From the NCBI GenBank assembly GCA_047617785.1, contig JBLGBK010000003.1, positions 1-64,000 on the forward strand: DNA of 64,000 nt, given 5' to 3'. The notes under the pieces are model-generated. The model had not been told where the DNA came from. It saw nothing but the letters and a program-made list of their open reading frames with translations, and searched no databases. Shown here piece by piece: positions 19,274-28,253 of the stretch. The translations under genes were made by a program, and so were the position numbers. This DNA is from Colwellia polaris (lineage in GTDB: Archaea > Nanohalarchaeota > Nanosalinia > Nanosalinales > Nanosalinaceae). The first letter of the stretch is position 1. Each line of letters begins with the position of its first letter.

Positions 19274-21028
19274 TTACCCTATCTTCCAGTGTGGATCTTT
19301 GTTGTCTTTGATATCAACGATTTCTTCCAGTACTTGTTTCTCTCCCTGTGAGAGATGCTCATCTAGGTGCTGTAGCTGACGATACTGTTTGCCGGTGATA
19401 TCGGTGAAGAGGACTTCATCGTCTTCAAATGTACGTCCAACTGTTGCGCCGCTGATCGATACTGCGACTTCTGCTCCTTTTGAAGCTTTGTCGATGCTCT
19501 CATTATGTTCCTGAATAGCTTTCAGTTTCCCTACCCTGTCACCCTGCGCGTTCATCAGGGTTGTATCTGGCTTAATTACTCCTTTTTTAACTTTCGCTCC
19601 GATTACAGCAGGCTTGGCTTGATTAAAGATGTGTTGCGGCATCAACTGGATCTTTCCTGGGCGTGGAATCTTTTCCAAGGCTTGTTCCTGTTGTTTCTCT
19701 TCCAATATCCTCTTCCATTCTTCGTAGTCTTCTACAATCTTGTATATTACCTGATTCTGGAAAATTTGTATTCCCTTGTCTTCGATCATATCCTCTGCTT
19801 GTGCTGTTGCTTCTACATTGAATGCAAAGATTGCCCTGTTTTCAGGATCCTCGTTCTCTACTTTGACTACATCATTCTTCTTTACAGGTCCGACTTTAGC
19901 TTCCTGTACAGGTATGCTCTCTATTTCACGCATTAATGCTTCCAGAGATCCAAGCGAGTCTGCTTTAACTATTATTCCTTCGTTCTGTGTTTCGAACTCT
20001 ATGGTTTCTAGTTCTTCTTGTACTTCTTCTTTGACTTCTTCTATGTTTTCGCTTGTTGTTCTTACTGGTGCTCCTGCTATTGCGCCTTCAAGGTCTTTTC
20101 CACTTATTTTTACTCCGGAAGCAGGATCTATTTCGTCTACCTGGCTGTACTGTTTGTCCAATCGTATTTCTTTTAGCGGTCTAGGTTGTAGGAGTGCTCT
20201 TATGTCTGTTGTCTTTACTCCGTCCTGTGTTCCGTAGATAAGTGTGTCGTCGGCTTTTATTTTGCCGTCGTAGTGGATTATGTCGAGAGTGGTGCCTAGT
20301 CCTTTTTCTTTGGTAACTTCAAGTACTGTTCCTTTTCCTATACTTTTTTCCTCTGTTTTCAGTTGATCTGAAAGGTAGTTCTGGCTTAAACCAGTTAGTG
20401 TCATTAGGAGTTCTGGGATTCCTTCTCCTGTCATTGCGCTGATTGGTACGATAGCTGCTTTCTTCTGGAAGTCATCTACGCGGTCGAATCTTTCCGCTGT
20501 TACGCCTGTTTGATCGTGTAGGTCGCCCATAAGGCTGTATATTTCTTCATCCAGTTTCTGCTGGTTCTTATCTGTCTGTTCCCGCAGGTTTTTGGTGAAG
20601 ATTTTGTGTTTGCTCTGCCAGCCTGGTAGTGTATCAATCTTGTTCAGTGCGATGATGAACGGCGTGCCCGTGTCTTGTAGTATTTTTAGTGCTTCTTCCG
20701 TCTGTGGCTGGATACCGTTCTTTATGTCAACTACTACAATTGCGATGTCGCTTATGCTTCCTCCGCGTTTTCTGAGGCTGGAGAATGCAGCGTGTCCGGG
20801 TGTGTCGATGAAAAGCATACCAGGGATGGTTATGTCTGTATCTAGTTGTTTGAGGAGGTCGCCGCATACGTCTTCGATAGTCTCAAGGGGTATCTCTGTG
20901 GCTCCGATCATCTGTGTGATGCCCCCTTCTTCTCCCTCTACAATCCGTGATTCTCTTATTCTGTCAAGAAGAGTTGTTTTACCGGAATCTACGTGACCTA
21001 GAACTGATAGTATGGGTTGTCGCGGCAT
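19274..21028 (-). CDS. infB: Translation initiation factor aIF5B (IF-2)
   Basis: RQPILSVLGHVDSGKT, GGITQMIGA, DTPGH, NKID and DSLGSLEAL. Confidence 0.98.
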   Translation of the reverse strand: MPRQPILSVLGHVDSGKTTLLDRIRESRIVEGEEGGITQMIGATEIPLETIEDVCGDLLKQLDTDITIPGMLFIDTPGHAAFSSLRKRGGSISDIAIVVVDIKNGIQPQTEEALKILQDTGTPFIIALNKIDTLPGWQSKHKIFTKNLREQTDKNQQKLDEEIYSLMGDLHDQTGVTAERFDRVDDFQKKAAIVPISAMTGEGIPELLMTLTGLSQNYLSDQLKTEEKSIGKGTVLEVTKEKGLGTTLDIIHYDGKIKADDTLIYGTQDGVKTTDIRALLQPRPLKEIRLDKQYSQVDEIDPASGVKISGKDLEGAIAGAPVRTTSENIEEVKEEVQEELETIEFETQNEGIIVKADSLGSLEALMREIESIPVQEAKVGPVKKNDVVKVENEDPENRAIFAFNVEATAQAEDMIEDKGIQIFQNQVIYKIVEDYEEWKRILEEKQQEQALEKIPRPGKIQLMPQHIFNQAKPAVIGAKVKKGVIKPDTTLMNAQGDRVGKLKAIQEHNESIDKASKGAEVAVSISGATVGRTFEDDEVLFTDITGKQYRQLQHLDEHLSQGEKQVLEEIVDIKDNKDPHWKIG

Positions 21029-21187
21029 CTCTATATCACCTGATGTTGCTCTGCCTTAATTCTACAGAGCTCTTACCCGTTAACTCCTTTTTAAATTTTA
21101 TATATAAGGGTTGTAAGTCAGAAAATTATATTGAATTGGGAGGTAAAATGTAAATTGAGAAGGGAGGGGGGGAAAAGAGAGGAAGAT

Positions 21188-21343
21188 TTATTCTCCCTTG
21201 TTAGGGTAGCTGTGGCTTCTGTTGTTTGCAGCGTTCTTTTCGCATTTGCCGGAGCAGTAGAAATGTTTGTCTCCGTTTGTTTCAACAACAAGCTTGCCCT
21301 GTGTCTTAGGTAGTTCTTCTCCGCAGTAGTCACATTCTGTCAT
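21188..21343 (-). CDS. rpl24e: 50S ribosomal protein L24e (not in ORF track)
   Basis: Manual translation MTECDYCGEELPKTQGKLVVETNGDKHFYCSGKCEKNAANNRSHSYPNKGE*; GAGGTGA RBS; conserved gene order. Confidence 0.93.
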   Translation of the reverse strand: MTECDYCGEELPKTQGKLVVETNGDKHFYCSGKCEKNAANNRSHSYPNKGE

Positions 21344-21358
21344 TCTAGTTCTTCACCT

Positions 21359-21535
21359 CTATCCTTCCATCTCTGTTTCTTTGATGTGTACGACGTCGTC
21401 TTCTCGGATTGGTCCTCTGACATTTCTGACAAGGATTTTTCCTTCTTCATTTCCTGCGAGAACTCTGCATCGTACTTTGCGGACGGTTCTGTGTCCCTGC
21501 TCTCCAATTACTTCAATGATCTTGGCTTTTACCAT
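21359..21535 (-). CDS. rps28e: 30S ribosomal protein S28e (not in ORF track)
   Basis: Manual translation MVKAKIIEVIGEQGHRTVRKVRCRVLAGNEEGKILVRNVRGPIREDDVVHIKETEMEG*. Confidence 0.95.
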   Translation of the reverse strand: MVKAKIIEVIGEQGHRTVRKVRCRVLAGNEEGKILVRNVRGPIREDDVVHIKETEMEG

Positions 21536-21591
21536 TCTTGATTACCTTTTTGATATTTTTTAGAGGTTTTTACAGGTAGAAAAGGAGTTTA

Positions 21592-21969
21592 TTACTCCTC
21601 TTCTTCTGCTTCTAGCAGTTCTTCTGCTTTTGCGCTGATTTCTTCTATTTCGTCTTCTGCGTTACCTGAGTCTGTTACAGCGATTGCTGCGGACTGTACG
21701 TTGATTCCTGCTGCTAGTCCGAGTTCTTCTTTGTCAGGTACGAATGTGAAGCTGATGTCTCGTTCTTCTGCTAGGCTTGGGATGTGCATTACGATTTCTT
21801 CTGGGGAGACATCTCCAGCTACTATTACTAGGTCTGCATCGTTTCGTTCGATGCTTTTGGTTACTTCGTTAGTACCGATTACGACTTTTCCTGTGTCGCG
21901 TGCTTTTTCGATTGCGTTGTAGGTTTTCTCTGCTAATGAGTCCGTTGGTTCGAATTTTTGATATACCAT
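21592..21969 (-). CDS. rpl7ae: 50S ribosomal protein L7Ae (K-turn binding)
   Basis: GTNEVTKSIER, DVSPEEIVMHIP and ELGLAAGI. Confidence 0.98.
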   Translation of the reverse strand: MVYQKFEPTDSLAEKTYNAIEKARDTGKVVIGTNEVTKSIERNDADLVIVAGDVSPEEIVMHIPSLAEERDISFTFVPDKEELGLAAGINVQSAAIAVTDSGNAEDEIEEISAKAEELLEAEEEE

Positions 21970-21982
21970 TTTTGGTTAAACA

Positions 21983-22006
21983 CCTTTCACAAACTGTTCA
22001 TCAAGG
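21983..22006 (-). promoter_or_regulatory. Kink-turn in the rpl7ae 5' UTR overlapping the SD sequence
   Basis: CCUU-GAU-GA-ACA-GUU-UGU-GA-AAGG: 4-bp C-stem, 3-nt bulge, tandem G.A pairs, 3-bp NC stem; AAGG is part of the SD AAGGUG. Confidence 0.8.
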
Positions 22007-22087
22007 TCTGTGTTACAAACTGTAAGAGAATAGAACTTTTTTATACCCTCAACCTTTACGATCAGTTGAATTTTTGATGTATAGAAA

Positions 22088-22315
22088 TTATTGGTGTTCG
22101 GGATTGAATTCGTCTAGTTTATCGTTTTCGACCCAGTGAAGTTCTTCTTCAAGATCTCTTATGATCTCGTTTAACTTGTGTTTCTGTTGTGTCTGTTCAG
22201 ATGGAAAACTTTCTAGCTCTTCGATAAGTTCGTCAGCTAGAAGGGAGACAGCCTTCTCTGGAGTATTAGCGTCTCTGTATTCCTCTATGACTTCCGTTAT
22301 CTCCCGTCTTTCCAT
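22088..22315 (-). CDS. Small acidic helical hypothetical protein
   Basis: 75-aa ORF with host-like acidic composition, co-directional with neighbours. Confidence 0.6.
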   Translation of the reverse strand: MERREITEVIEEYRDANTPEKAVSLLADELIEELESFPSEQTQQKHKLNEIIRDLEEELHWVENDKLDEFNPEHQ

Positions 22316-22342
22316 ACCGTTAACTTGTTTAGGAATTCTTTT

Positions 22343-23065
22343 TTAGTTTTCATCCGATTCAAGAACGACGCTCTCTACCTCTTGCTTTCTGTCTTCAAAG
22401 TTGTCAAGTAGTTGCTGAGCGACATTTTCGCTCTCTTTCTCATCTTCTATTTGCTCTTCTAGATCTGTAGAGGTAGTCTCAATGTCCTGCGTAAGCTGCT
22501 GCATTTCTTCAATCATGTCTTTAACTTTCTCAAAGCGCTCAACTTCAAGGAAAAGCTTCTGACTCTCATCTCTGCGAGATCTAGAATCAAAGCTTGTTTC
22601 TTTGCCTTGTGGGGCAGAGTTCTGTTGTACCGTTTTAGGTTCTACAGGTGAACTATTCTGGCTGTTGTCCTGCTGACTGAAATCTGGCGTATTATTAGCC
22701 TGATCTACATTGTTTTCTATACTGGTTTCTGATTTGTTACCTGGGTTGAAGCTCTGATTATCTTGTGAGCTATTAACGGGTTCTTGGCCAATTTGTTCGG
22801 TCTGTGAAGGAGAATTAGAGTTAACGGGGTTGTCAGAAGACTGGTTTAGAGGAGAACCGCTATCAAAGCTGCTTTCTTCAATGCTACCTCCCTCTCTATC
22901 CAAGTTACCTTTACTTATCCTGTCATTATTGTTATTTACGGCGGCAGGGTTGTTAGCAGTTGAGGGCTGTTTATTTGAACTGTCTCCGTGTCCTTGTATG
23001 AGGTTTTTGATTTCCTCCATGTTTTCTCTTAGTTTCTCCTTGTCTTCTGATCCAACGTTGAACAT
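22343..23065 (-). CDS. Hypothetical protein: N-terminal helix, S/N/Q-rich disordered linker, C-terminal coiled coil
   Basis: Composition, plus heptad-like C-terminus after LFLEVERFEKVKDMIEEM. Confidence 0.75.
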   Translation of the reverse strand: MFNVGSEDKEKLRENMEEIKNLIQGHGDSSNKQPSTANNPAAVNNNNDRISKGNLDREGGSIEESSFDSGSPLNQSSDNPVNSNSPSQTEQIGQEPVNSSQDNQSFNPGNKSETSIENNVDQANNTPDFSQQDNSQNSSPVEPKTVQQNSAPQGKETSFDSRSRRDESQKLFLEVERFEKVKDMIEEMQQLTQDIETTSTDLEEQIEDEKESENVAQQLLDNFEDRKQEVESVVLESDEN

Positions 23066-23140
23066 GGCTAATTCTAATTTACAATATGGTGCTGCCTCGG
23101 TTTAAAACATGCAGGTTACAAAAGAAGGAAACTGTCTATA

Positions 23141-23680
23141 TCATTTGATTCGCTCTATATGTTCTCCTGTCTTCTCGATAAAACTATTGATCCGGCTATC
23201 ATAACTTTCATCAAGAAGTTCTCCGTTCTCACTCACAGTTTTACTTAGATTGGATATAGATAGGCTAGGTCCTGGATGAGCGTTTACGGCTAAGGTGATG
23301 TCGTGCAGATGTGATTGAGCTCTTACGCCTCCAAAACCACCTTCAGAAGTAGTTACGTAGCTAAAAGCCTTTTCCTCGTACTCAGGGTAGAAATGGTCCA
23401 GTATATTCTTCATTTCGCCGGGAATACTGTGGTTGTACTCTGGAGTGACTGGTATTATGCAGTTAGAGTTCTCTATAAGCTGGCCAAGAAGCTCAACGTT
23501 TTCTCCGGGGTTATCAGCATGGTGTCGTCTCTTGTTCAAGAAAGGGAGAGGATTAGTTTTAGGGTCGAATACACTAACCTTGTACCCTTCATCCAGGAAT
23601 CTGTCCTCTATAAGGTCTGCAGCACGGATGGTCTTGCGACCTTCCCTGCTTGTACCTATTATGAGAAGAATATTCTTCAT
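23141..23680 (-). CDS. NADPH-dependent FMN reductase
   Basis: GTSREGR, TPEYNHSIPGEMKNILD and GGFGGVRAQSHL. Confidence 0.92.
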   Translation of the reverse strand: MKNILLIIGTSREGRKTIRAADLIEDRFLDEGYKVSVFDPKTNPLPFLNKRRHHADNPGENVELLGQLIENSNCIIPVTPEYNHSIPGEMKNILDHFYPEYEEKAFSYVTTSEGGFGGVRAQSHLHDITLAVNAHPGPSLSISNLSKTVSENGELLDESYDSRINSFIEKTGEHIERIK

Positions 23681-24285
23681 TCTTCCTCTTCTTCAGGTTC
23701 TGGATTCTCCTTGAAGAAGTCAAGTTCATAGTCGAACTCTTCGCCTTTCTGTTCTGCCATCTGCTGAGATAGTAGGTAGAAAACTGTCGAAAGGCTGTTT
23801 TCTCCTTTATTGTTAGCAGGTATTACATAGTCGACGTTTTCTAGGCTGCTTTCGCTGTCTGCAATTCCAATTACGGGAATATTAGATTCATGTGCTTCCT
23901 TGATCGCCTGACTGTCTTCTTCAGGGTCGCATGCGACTAGTACTTCTGGTTCCTGGAACTCTACGCTTTCAGGGTTAGTTAGTGTTCCTGGCATGAACCG
24001 TCCAATAATCTTGGAAGCTCCTGTGACTTCTGTGAATCTGTCAATGGGATAATGTGCTTCATCTTTTCTTCCAACTACAAGTATTTCCTCTACAGGAATG
24101 TCTGCAAGGTATTCTGCAAGTTCTCTTATTTTTTCGTCTGTCTGCTGTACATCTAGTACTGCAAGTTGATTCTTCTTTACGTGGAAGATATACGGTTCCA
24201 TGTCTTTAGTTTGGCTTCTGGTGCCGATATGTACGCCGTTAGCCAGGTACTCGTCCCGGTCGATCAAGAGTTCTTCTTCGCTCAT
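23677..24285 (-). CDS. rps2: 30S ribosomal protein S2
   Basis: YLANGVHIG, GRFMPGTLTNP and IPANNKG. Confidence 0.97.
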   Translation of the reverse strand: MSEEELLIDRDEYLANGVHIGTRSQTKDMEPYIFHVKKNQLAVLDVQQTDEKIRELAEYLADIPVEEILVVGRKDEAHYPIDRFTEVTGASKIIGRFMPGTLTNPESVEFQEPEVLVACDPEEDSQAIKEAHESNIPVIGIADSESSLENVDYVIPANNKGENSLSTVFYLLSQQMAEQKGEEFDYELDFFKENPEPEEEEE

Positions 24286-24330
24286 AGAGTTGAAATTAGA
24301 GAAAAAAAGTTAAATAAGAGGTAGATACGG

Positions 24331-24522
24331 CTACTTAGAATCTGTTCTATTGTACAGATGACGGTAAAGTAAACCTCCAGACCAGATGATTCCAATTGTT
24401 AATGGAATTATGAATTGGACGCTCCCCGATAGACTAACTCTAGAGGTGGTTAAACTTGCTGTAAGTACTGCAACTACTCCTAGAGCGCTCTCAATAAAAA
24501 TTTGTCTATTTCTATCGTCCAT
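24331..24522 (-). CDS. Small two-TM membrane protein
   Basis: 63 aa with two hydrophobic segments; ATG 3 nt after the eno stop. Confidence 0.55.
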   Translation of the reverse strand: MDDRNRQIFIESALGVVAVLTASLTTSRVSLSGSVQFIIPLTIGIIWSGGLLYRHLYNRTDSK

Positions 24523-24525
24523 AGA

Positions 24526-25647
24526 TTAGAAGCTGTTCATCTCGGGTTCTTCGATTTTATCCCATAGCTTGATCAACCTGTTTAACTTAGCGATCCGAAT
24601 GTCGGCTATACCTGCCTTGATTATTGGGCATTTCCATTCAAGTGCCAGATCTGAAATAGTGTAATCGCAGGTTTCACCGCTTCTATGGGATATGACTGGC
24701 GTGTAATCTTCCTCTTTTGCTAGGTCGACTGTTTTCTTCGCCTGTGTGACCGTTCCGATCTGGTTGGGTTTCACGATCAACGAGTTGCATGCGCCAGTCT
24801 CTATGCCCTCGCGTAGCCGCGTCTTGTTGGTTGTAAACAGGTCGTCGCCGCATATAAGCACGTCAGGATTTGCTCTAGCAAGCTGTGCATGGTTCCGGAA
24901 ATCTTCCTGATCGAAGGGGTCTTCTACGTAGATTAATTCAAACTCGTTTATCAGTTTCTGAATGAACTTTCTGTGTTCCTCTGGTGTCATAACCTGGTTA
25001 ACAGAGTCAAGATGGTACTTGCCATCCTCATATAGTTCGCCTGCTGCAACGTCAAGACCTATCCGTGCATCATGACGGTCAGCAACCTTCTTCAATACTT
25101 TCAGAGTCTGTTCATCATCCATAGACGTGATCAGTGCGCCCTCATCATTCATTCCTTTGATCTTATGTGAATAGTTATCTTTCAGATCCTGATAGATTGC
25201 GGTATTTGTTTTGATGGCTTCCGGAAAGCTTTCTGCGTTTACAGGTAGTACAAGAAATTCCTGGATGCTTGTATTTCCACCGTGCTCGCCTCCACCAATT
25301 ATGTTGCTTAGAGGTAGAGGGAACTCTTTTCCGTGATCAAATCCGGATGCGTTCTTGAATGCGAAGCTTGATGCAATTGCTGTGGCTCCGAGACGTGAGA
25401 AATTGTTTGTATCATCTAGTGTCTTCAGTTTATCGTCGAATTCTTTCTGTGTGAGGTCGCTGCCTTCTAGGTTTTTGATCAAGCTGGTTATTTCGTCTAG
25501 GTTTTCTGGTACGAAACATTTGGCTTCGTGTGTTCCTGTGGATGCTCCGGAAGGTGCTTTTCCGCTGTGGCTGTTTATCTCAGTCTCTACTGTTGGTTTT
25601 GTACGCGAATCAATTATCTCCCTGATCTCCAGGTTTCGTATCTTCAT
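24526..25647 (-). CDS. eno: Enolase
   Basis: IIDSR..PTVE, PSGASTGTHEA, QEFL, EDPFDQED, GDDLFTTN, KPNQIG and SHRSGET. Confidence 0.96.
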   Translation of the reverse strand: MKIRNLEIREIIDSRTKPTVETEINSHSGKAPSGASTGTHEAKCFVPENLDEITSLIKNLEGSDLTQKEFDDKLKTLDDTNNFSRLGATAIASSFAFKNASGFDHGKEFPLPLSNIIGGGEHGGNTSIQEFLVLPVNAESFPEAIKTNTAIYQDLKDNYSHKIKGMNDEGALITSMDDEQTLKVLKKVADRHDARIGLDVAAGELYEDGKYHLDSVNQVMTPEEHRKFIQKLINEFELIYVEDPFDQEDFRNHAQLARANPDVLICGDDLFTTNKTRLREGIETGACNSLIVKPNQIGTVTQAKKTVDLAKEEDYTPVISHRSGETCDYTISDLALEWKCPIIKAGIADIRIAKLNRLIKLWDKIEEPEMNSF

Positions 25648-25778
25648 ATAATGAAAAACTGTATTACCTTGATATTAAGTCTAACCCTTATCTACTAGGA
25701 AATAATCAGGTTTGATAGAATAAGCTGTCAGAAAGTAGTTGTAGAAATTAGAAAAAGAGAGGTGTAAAAGCTGGTTTT

Positions 25779-25943
25779 TCAGCTCTTTACTGTAATCGGT
25801 AGCTTGCCTTCATTAAGTTCTTTCTTTGCGATATCAAGAGGCTGTGCTCCGCTGTCATAATCAACGAATGGTGGAGCGCCCATTGCTATCTGAAGGCTTC
25901 TTGCACCGAGGATTCTTGCTTTCTCGTAACGTGTGTAACTCAT
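25779..25943 (-). CDS. rpoK: RNA polymerase subunit Rpo6/K (not in ORF track)
   Basis: Manual translation MSYTRYEKARILGARSLQIAMGAPPFVDYDSGAQPLDIAKKELNEGKLPITVKS*. Confidence 0.97.
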   Translation of the reverse strand: MSYTRYEKARILGARSLQIAMGAPPFVDYDSGAQPLDIAKKELNEGKLPITVKS

Positions 25944-25950
25944 AGTATTT

Positions 25951-26721
25951 TTACCCTATGTAGCCTAGATCGTTTCCAGACTGTTGCTGGTCTTGGTCCG
26001 GGCTCTGCTGATTTTTCATGTTTTGAAGTTTTTTAAGTACTTCCTGTGATTCTTCGACTTTATCGTCAAGCTCGCTGTAGTCAAGATCTACATTCATGAT
26101 GCTTTCGACTACCTTCAGAACTGCTTCTGTACTCTTTGGATCGCTTAGCAGGAAGCCAGGTGTCTCTCCCAGAAGACAAATTCCAGGAATTTCTTTATCC
26201 TGTGCTTGACCAAGTAGTAGGCCTGAAACGCCTACAATCTGATCTACATCATGCTCAAACTGGATGCCGTTATCTGAATAGTCTTCCTTGAGATCTTCTG
26301 TTGTAACTGCTCCAAATACGTCAGGATCTTCTACTACATCTCCTGTACCGTATCCTCCGATGGTCAGCACTCGAGAGATATCATTTTCTTCCGCGAACTT
26401 GATTAGTTTTCGTGCTACTTCGTGATGTCCTTCTGGAGTCTGTGCCTGTGCATTTCCTTCAACGAGGATGTAGTCGCCGTTATCGGTGTGTAGCTGGTAT
26501 ATGCTGTTCTTTATTTTTTCAATTGTCTTGTCATCTTTTACTATTGTGTAAGGAGGGAAGTGGTCGCTCTGCAGTTCTCCAATTTTCTCTGCGTCTAGGT
26601 GTTCTGCTAGGTAGCTTACTACGTTTCTTCCGATGTGACCTATTCCTGCTAGGCCTTCTACTAGTGTAGGGTTTTCGACATCAGGTTGTTTTTCTAGGTT
26701 AAGTGTTGTAGTGGTTGTCAT
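25951..26721 (-). CDS. PAC2-family proteasome assembly chaperone-like protein
   Basis: LVEGLAGIGHIG, TIGGY, IVGVSGLLLG, CLLGETPG and DPKS; usual position after nop10. Confidence 0.9.
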   Translation of the reverse strand: MTTTTTLNLEKQPDVENPTLVEGLAGIGHIGRNVVSYLAEHLDAEKIGELQSDHFPPYTIVKDDKTIEKIKNSIYQLHTDNGDYILVEGNAQAQTPEGHHEVARKLIKFAEENDISRVLTIGGYGTGDVVEDPDVFGAVTTEDLKEDYSDNGIQFEHDVDQIVGVSGLLLGQAQDKEIPGICLLGETPGFLLSDPKSTEAVLKVVESIMNVDLDYSELDDKVEESQEVLKKLQNMKNQQSPDQDQQQSGNDLGYIG

Positions 26722-26724
26722 TGA

Positions 26725-26865
26725 TTAACTCCTCTTGGTCTTTCTACGGTATTTGCCATAATGATCTGGGTAAGAAAATTTAGGCGGTCTGCTTGTCTCT
26801 GTCTCTTCACCGCAGTGTTCCTTCTTCATTGTGTACGAATTACATTCCACGCATTTTTTAATCAC
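26725..26865 (-). CDS. nop10: H/ACA RNP protein Nop10 (not in ORF track)
   Basis: Manual translation (GTG)IKKCVECNSYTMKKEHCGEETETSRPPKFSYPDHYGKYRRKTKRS*. Confidence 0.93.
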   Translation of the reverse strand: MIKKCVECNSYTMKKEHCGEETETSRPPKFSYPDHYGKYRRKTKRS

Positions 26866-26925
26866 GGGTGGGTTTCACGCTCCTAGAGGGGTAAAAAATG
26901 CACTCGGCGATTCTAATCAAGTCCA

Positions 26926-27684
26926 TTATGCGCGTGAGAACTCGAATTTGCCGTCAAGTTCCTGGGTTTTTTCTCTGACTTGTTCGATTGTTTTGTCCAT
27001 TTTCTCCTTTGCTAATTCTTTGGTTCGTCCCCAAGTTGTGATAGCGTAGTTTGGTGCTGATACGTACTTTATCTCAACTCCGTCCATATCGTTTACAAGT
27101 GCTTCCTGAATTCTTTCTAGCCCGTTACCTTGGTAGAAATTAAGCTCTACTTCTCCTTCAAGCTTCTCTTTCTTCAGGTCGATGTTGTTCTCTGCTACCT
27201 TCTGGATGGCGTCTACAACTTCTTCATCAAATAAATCTTCCAGTTGGTCTTCTTTTCCTACTGATATTTCGAATCCGTGGAAGCTGGATCCAAACTCTTC
27301 CTGCATAGGGAATGCGATTTCTTCAATAGCTTCCTCTAGATCCATGCCCAGTTCTTCAGCTACTTCTTCAATAAATTCTTCCGCTTTCTGTTCCTTGTTC
27401 CATCGGCTCATTGCCTCTCGCTTCTGTTTATCGTTTACGCGTTTGATTGAGAGGCTGATATTATTCTCGTCTTCTGCTTCAACTACTTGTGCTACTGTTT
27501 TCTCTCCTTCGCTTAGTTCTTTGTTTATGTCCTGTACCCAGGATCTAGAAACTTCAGAAATATGGATTAAACCGCTTAGATCCTCATATTCGTCCAGTTC
27601 TGCATATGCTGAGTTCTGGTCGATGTCTGTAAGGGTTATTACAACGAAATCTCCTTCATCCGGTATGTCTTTGTACCATTTCAT
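26926..27684 (-). CDS. eif2a: Translation initiation factor aIF2 alpha
   Basis: S1 domain AYAELDEY..GLIHISEV..WV, ISLSIKRV, WNKEQKA and YVSAPNY. Confidence 0.96.
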   Translation of the reverse strand: MKWYKDIPDEGDFVVITLTDIDQNSAYAELDEYEDLSGLIHISEVSRSWVQDINKELSEGEKTVAQVVEAEDENNISLSIKRVNDKQKREAMSRWNKEQKAEEFIEEVAEELGMDLEEAIEEIAFPMQEEFGSSFHGFEISVGKEDQLEDLFDEEVVDAIQKVAENNIDLKKEKLEGEVELNFYQGNGLERIQEALVNDMDGVEIKYVSAPNYAITTWGRTKELAKEKMDKTIEQVREKTQELDGKFEFSRA

Positions 27685-27736
27685 ATTCTTAGCTTTACCT
27701 CGATAAAAAATAGGGATTTATGTGTTTTTTAACCCG

Positions 27737-27910
27737 TTATTCCGGACTCAGTGTCTCCACTACGTTACCGTTGAGTTCAGGCTTTCCGCCCTTTGGGTCT
27801 GCGATGACTGTGCTGCATACCAGGCATTGTACTTCAGATGCTGCTCTTGAGAAGATTGTCTGCTGGTTGCCGCATTCTTCGCATTCTACTCTTAGAAAGT
27901 CTTGTGCCAT
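27737..27910 (-). CDS. rps27e: 30S ribosomal protein S27e (not in ORF track)
   Basis: Manual translation MAQDFLRVECEECGNQQTIFSRAASEVQCLVCSTVIADPKGGKPELNGNVVETLSPE*. Confidence 0.96.
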   Translation of the reverse strand: MAQDFLRVECEECGNQQTIFSRAASEVQCLVCSTVIADPKGGKPELNGNVVETLSPE

Positions 27911-27918
27911 TACTTAAT

Positions 27919-28221
27919 TCACCTCTCAATCTCGAACTTTGCTGCTCTAATAGCATTCTTAGGTTTGTTTGACTTTCCGCATTCCTGACACTGGAACTGA
28001 AGATCTCTCTTCTTGGATGTCGGGTTCTTTCCTCCACGGCTTCTGATTGCCGGATTCTCGTATGGGAACGAACCGTATCCGTGGTCAATCTTTCGTTGTC
28101 TCTTCCGGAACTTCTTTCTCATCTTTCCGTCAGGTCTTCCAGTTACTTCTTTCACTGTTTGAGTTGTATGTTGGTCACAGTGAGGGCAGTACCTTTTCTG
28201 CTCTTTTGGAATCTTAACCAT
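27919..28221 (-). CDS. rpl44e: 50S ribosomal protein L44e
   Basis: KIPK..RYCPHCDQHT, GYGS and KKRDLQFQCQECGK. Confidence 0.95.
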   Translation of the reverse strand: MVKIPKEQKRYCPHCDQHTTQTVKEVTGRPDGKMRKKFRKRQRKIDHGYGSFPYENPAIRSRGGKNPTSKKRDLQFQCQECGKSNKPKNAIRAAKFEIER

Positions 28222-28253
28222 ACAAGACAAGTATAGAATAAAACTTTAAAAGG

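Noticed and set aside
21118-21563. Track ORFs 21118-21333, 21131-21313 and 21381-21563
   Set aside because: Wrong-frame or antisense readings of rpl24e and rps28e, which occupy this space
27720-28088. Track ORFs 27720-27917 and 27834-28088
   Set aside because: They overlap the true rps27e and rpl44e genes in other frames
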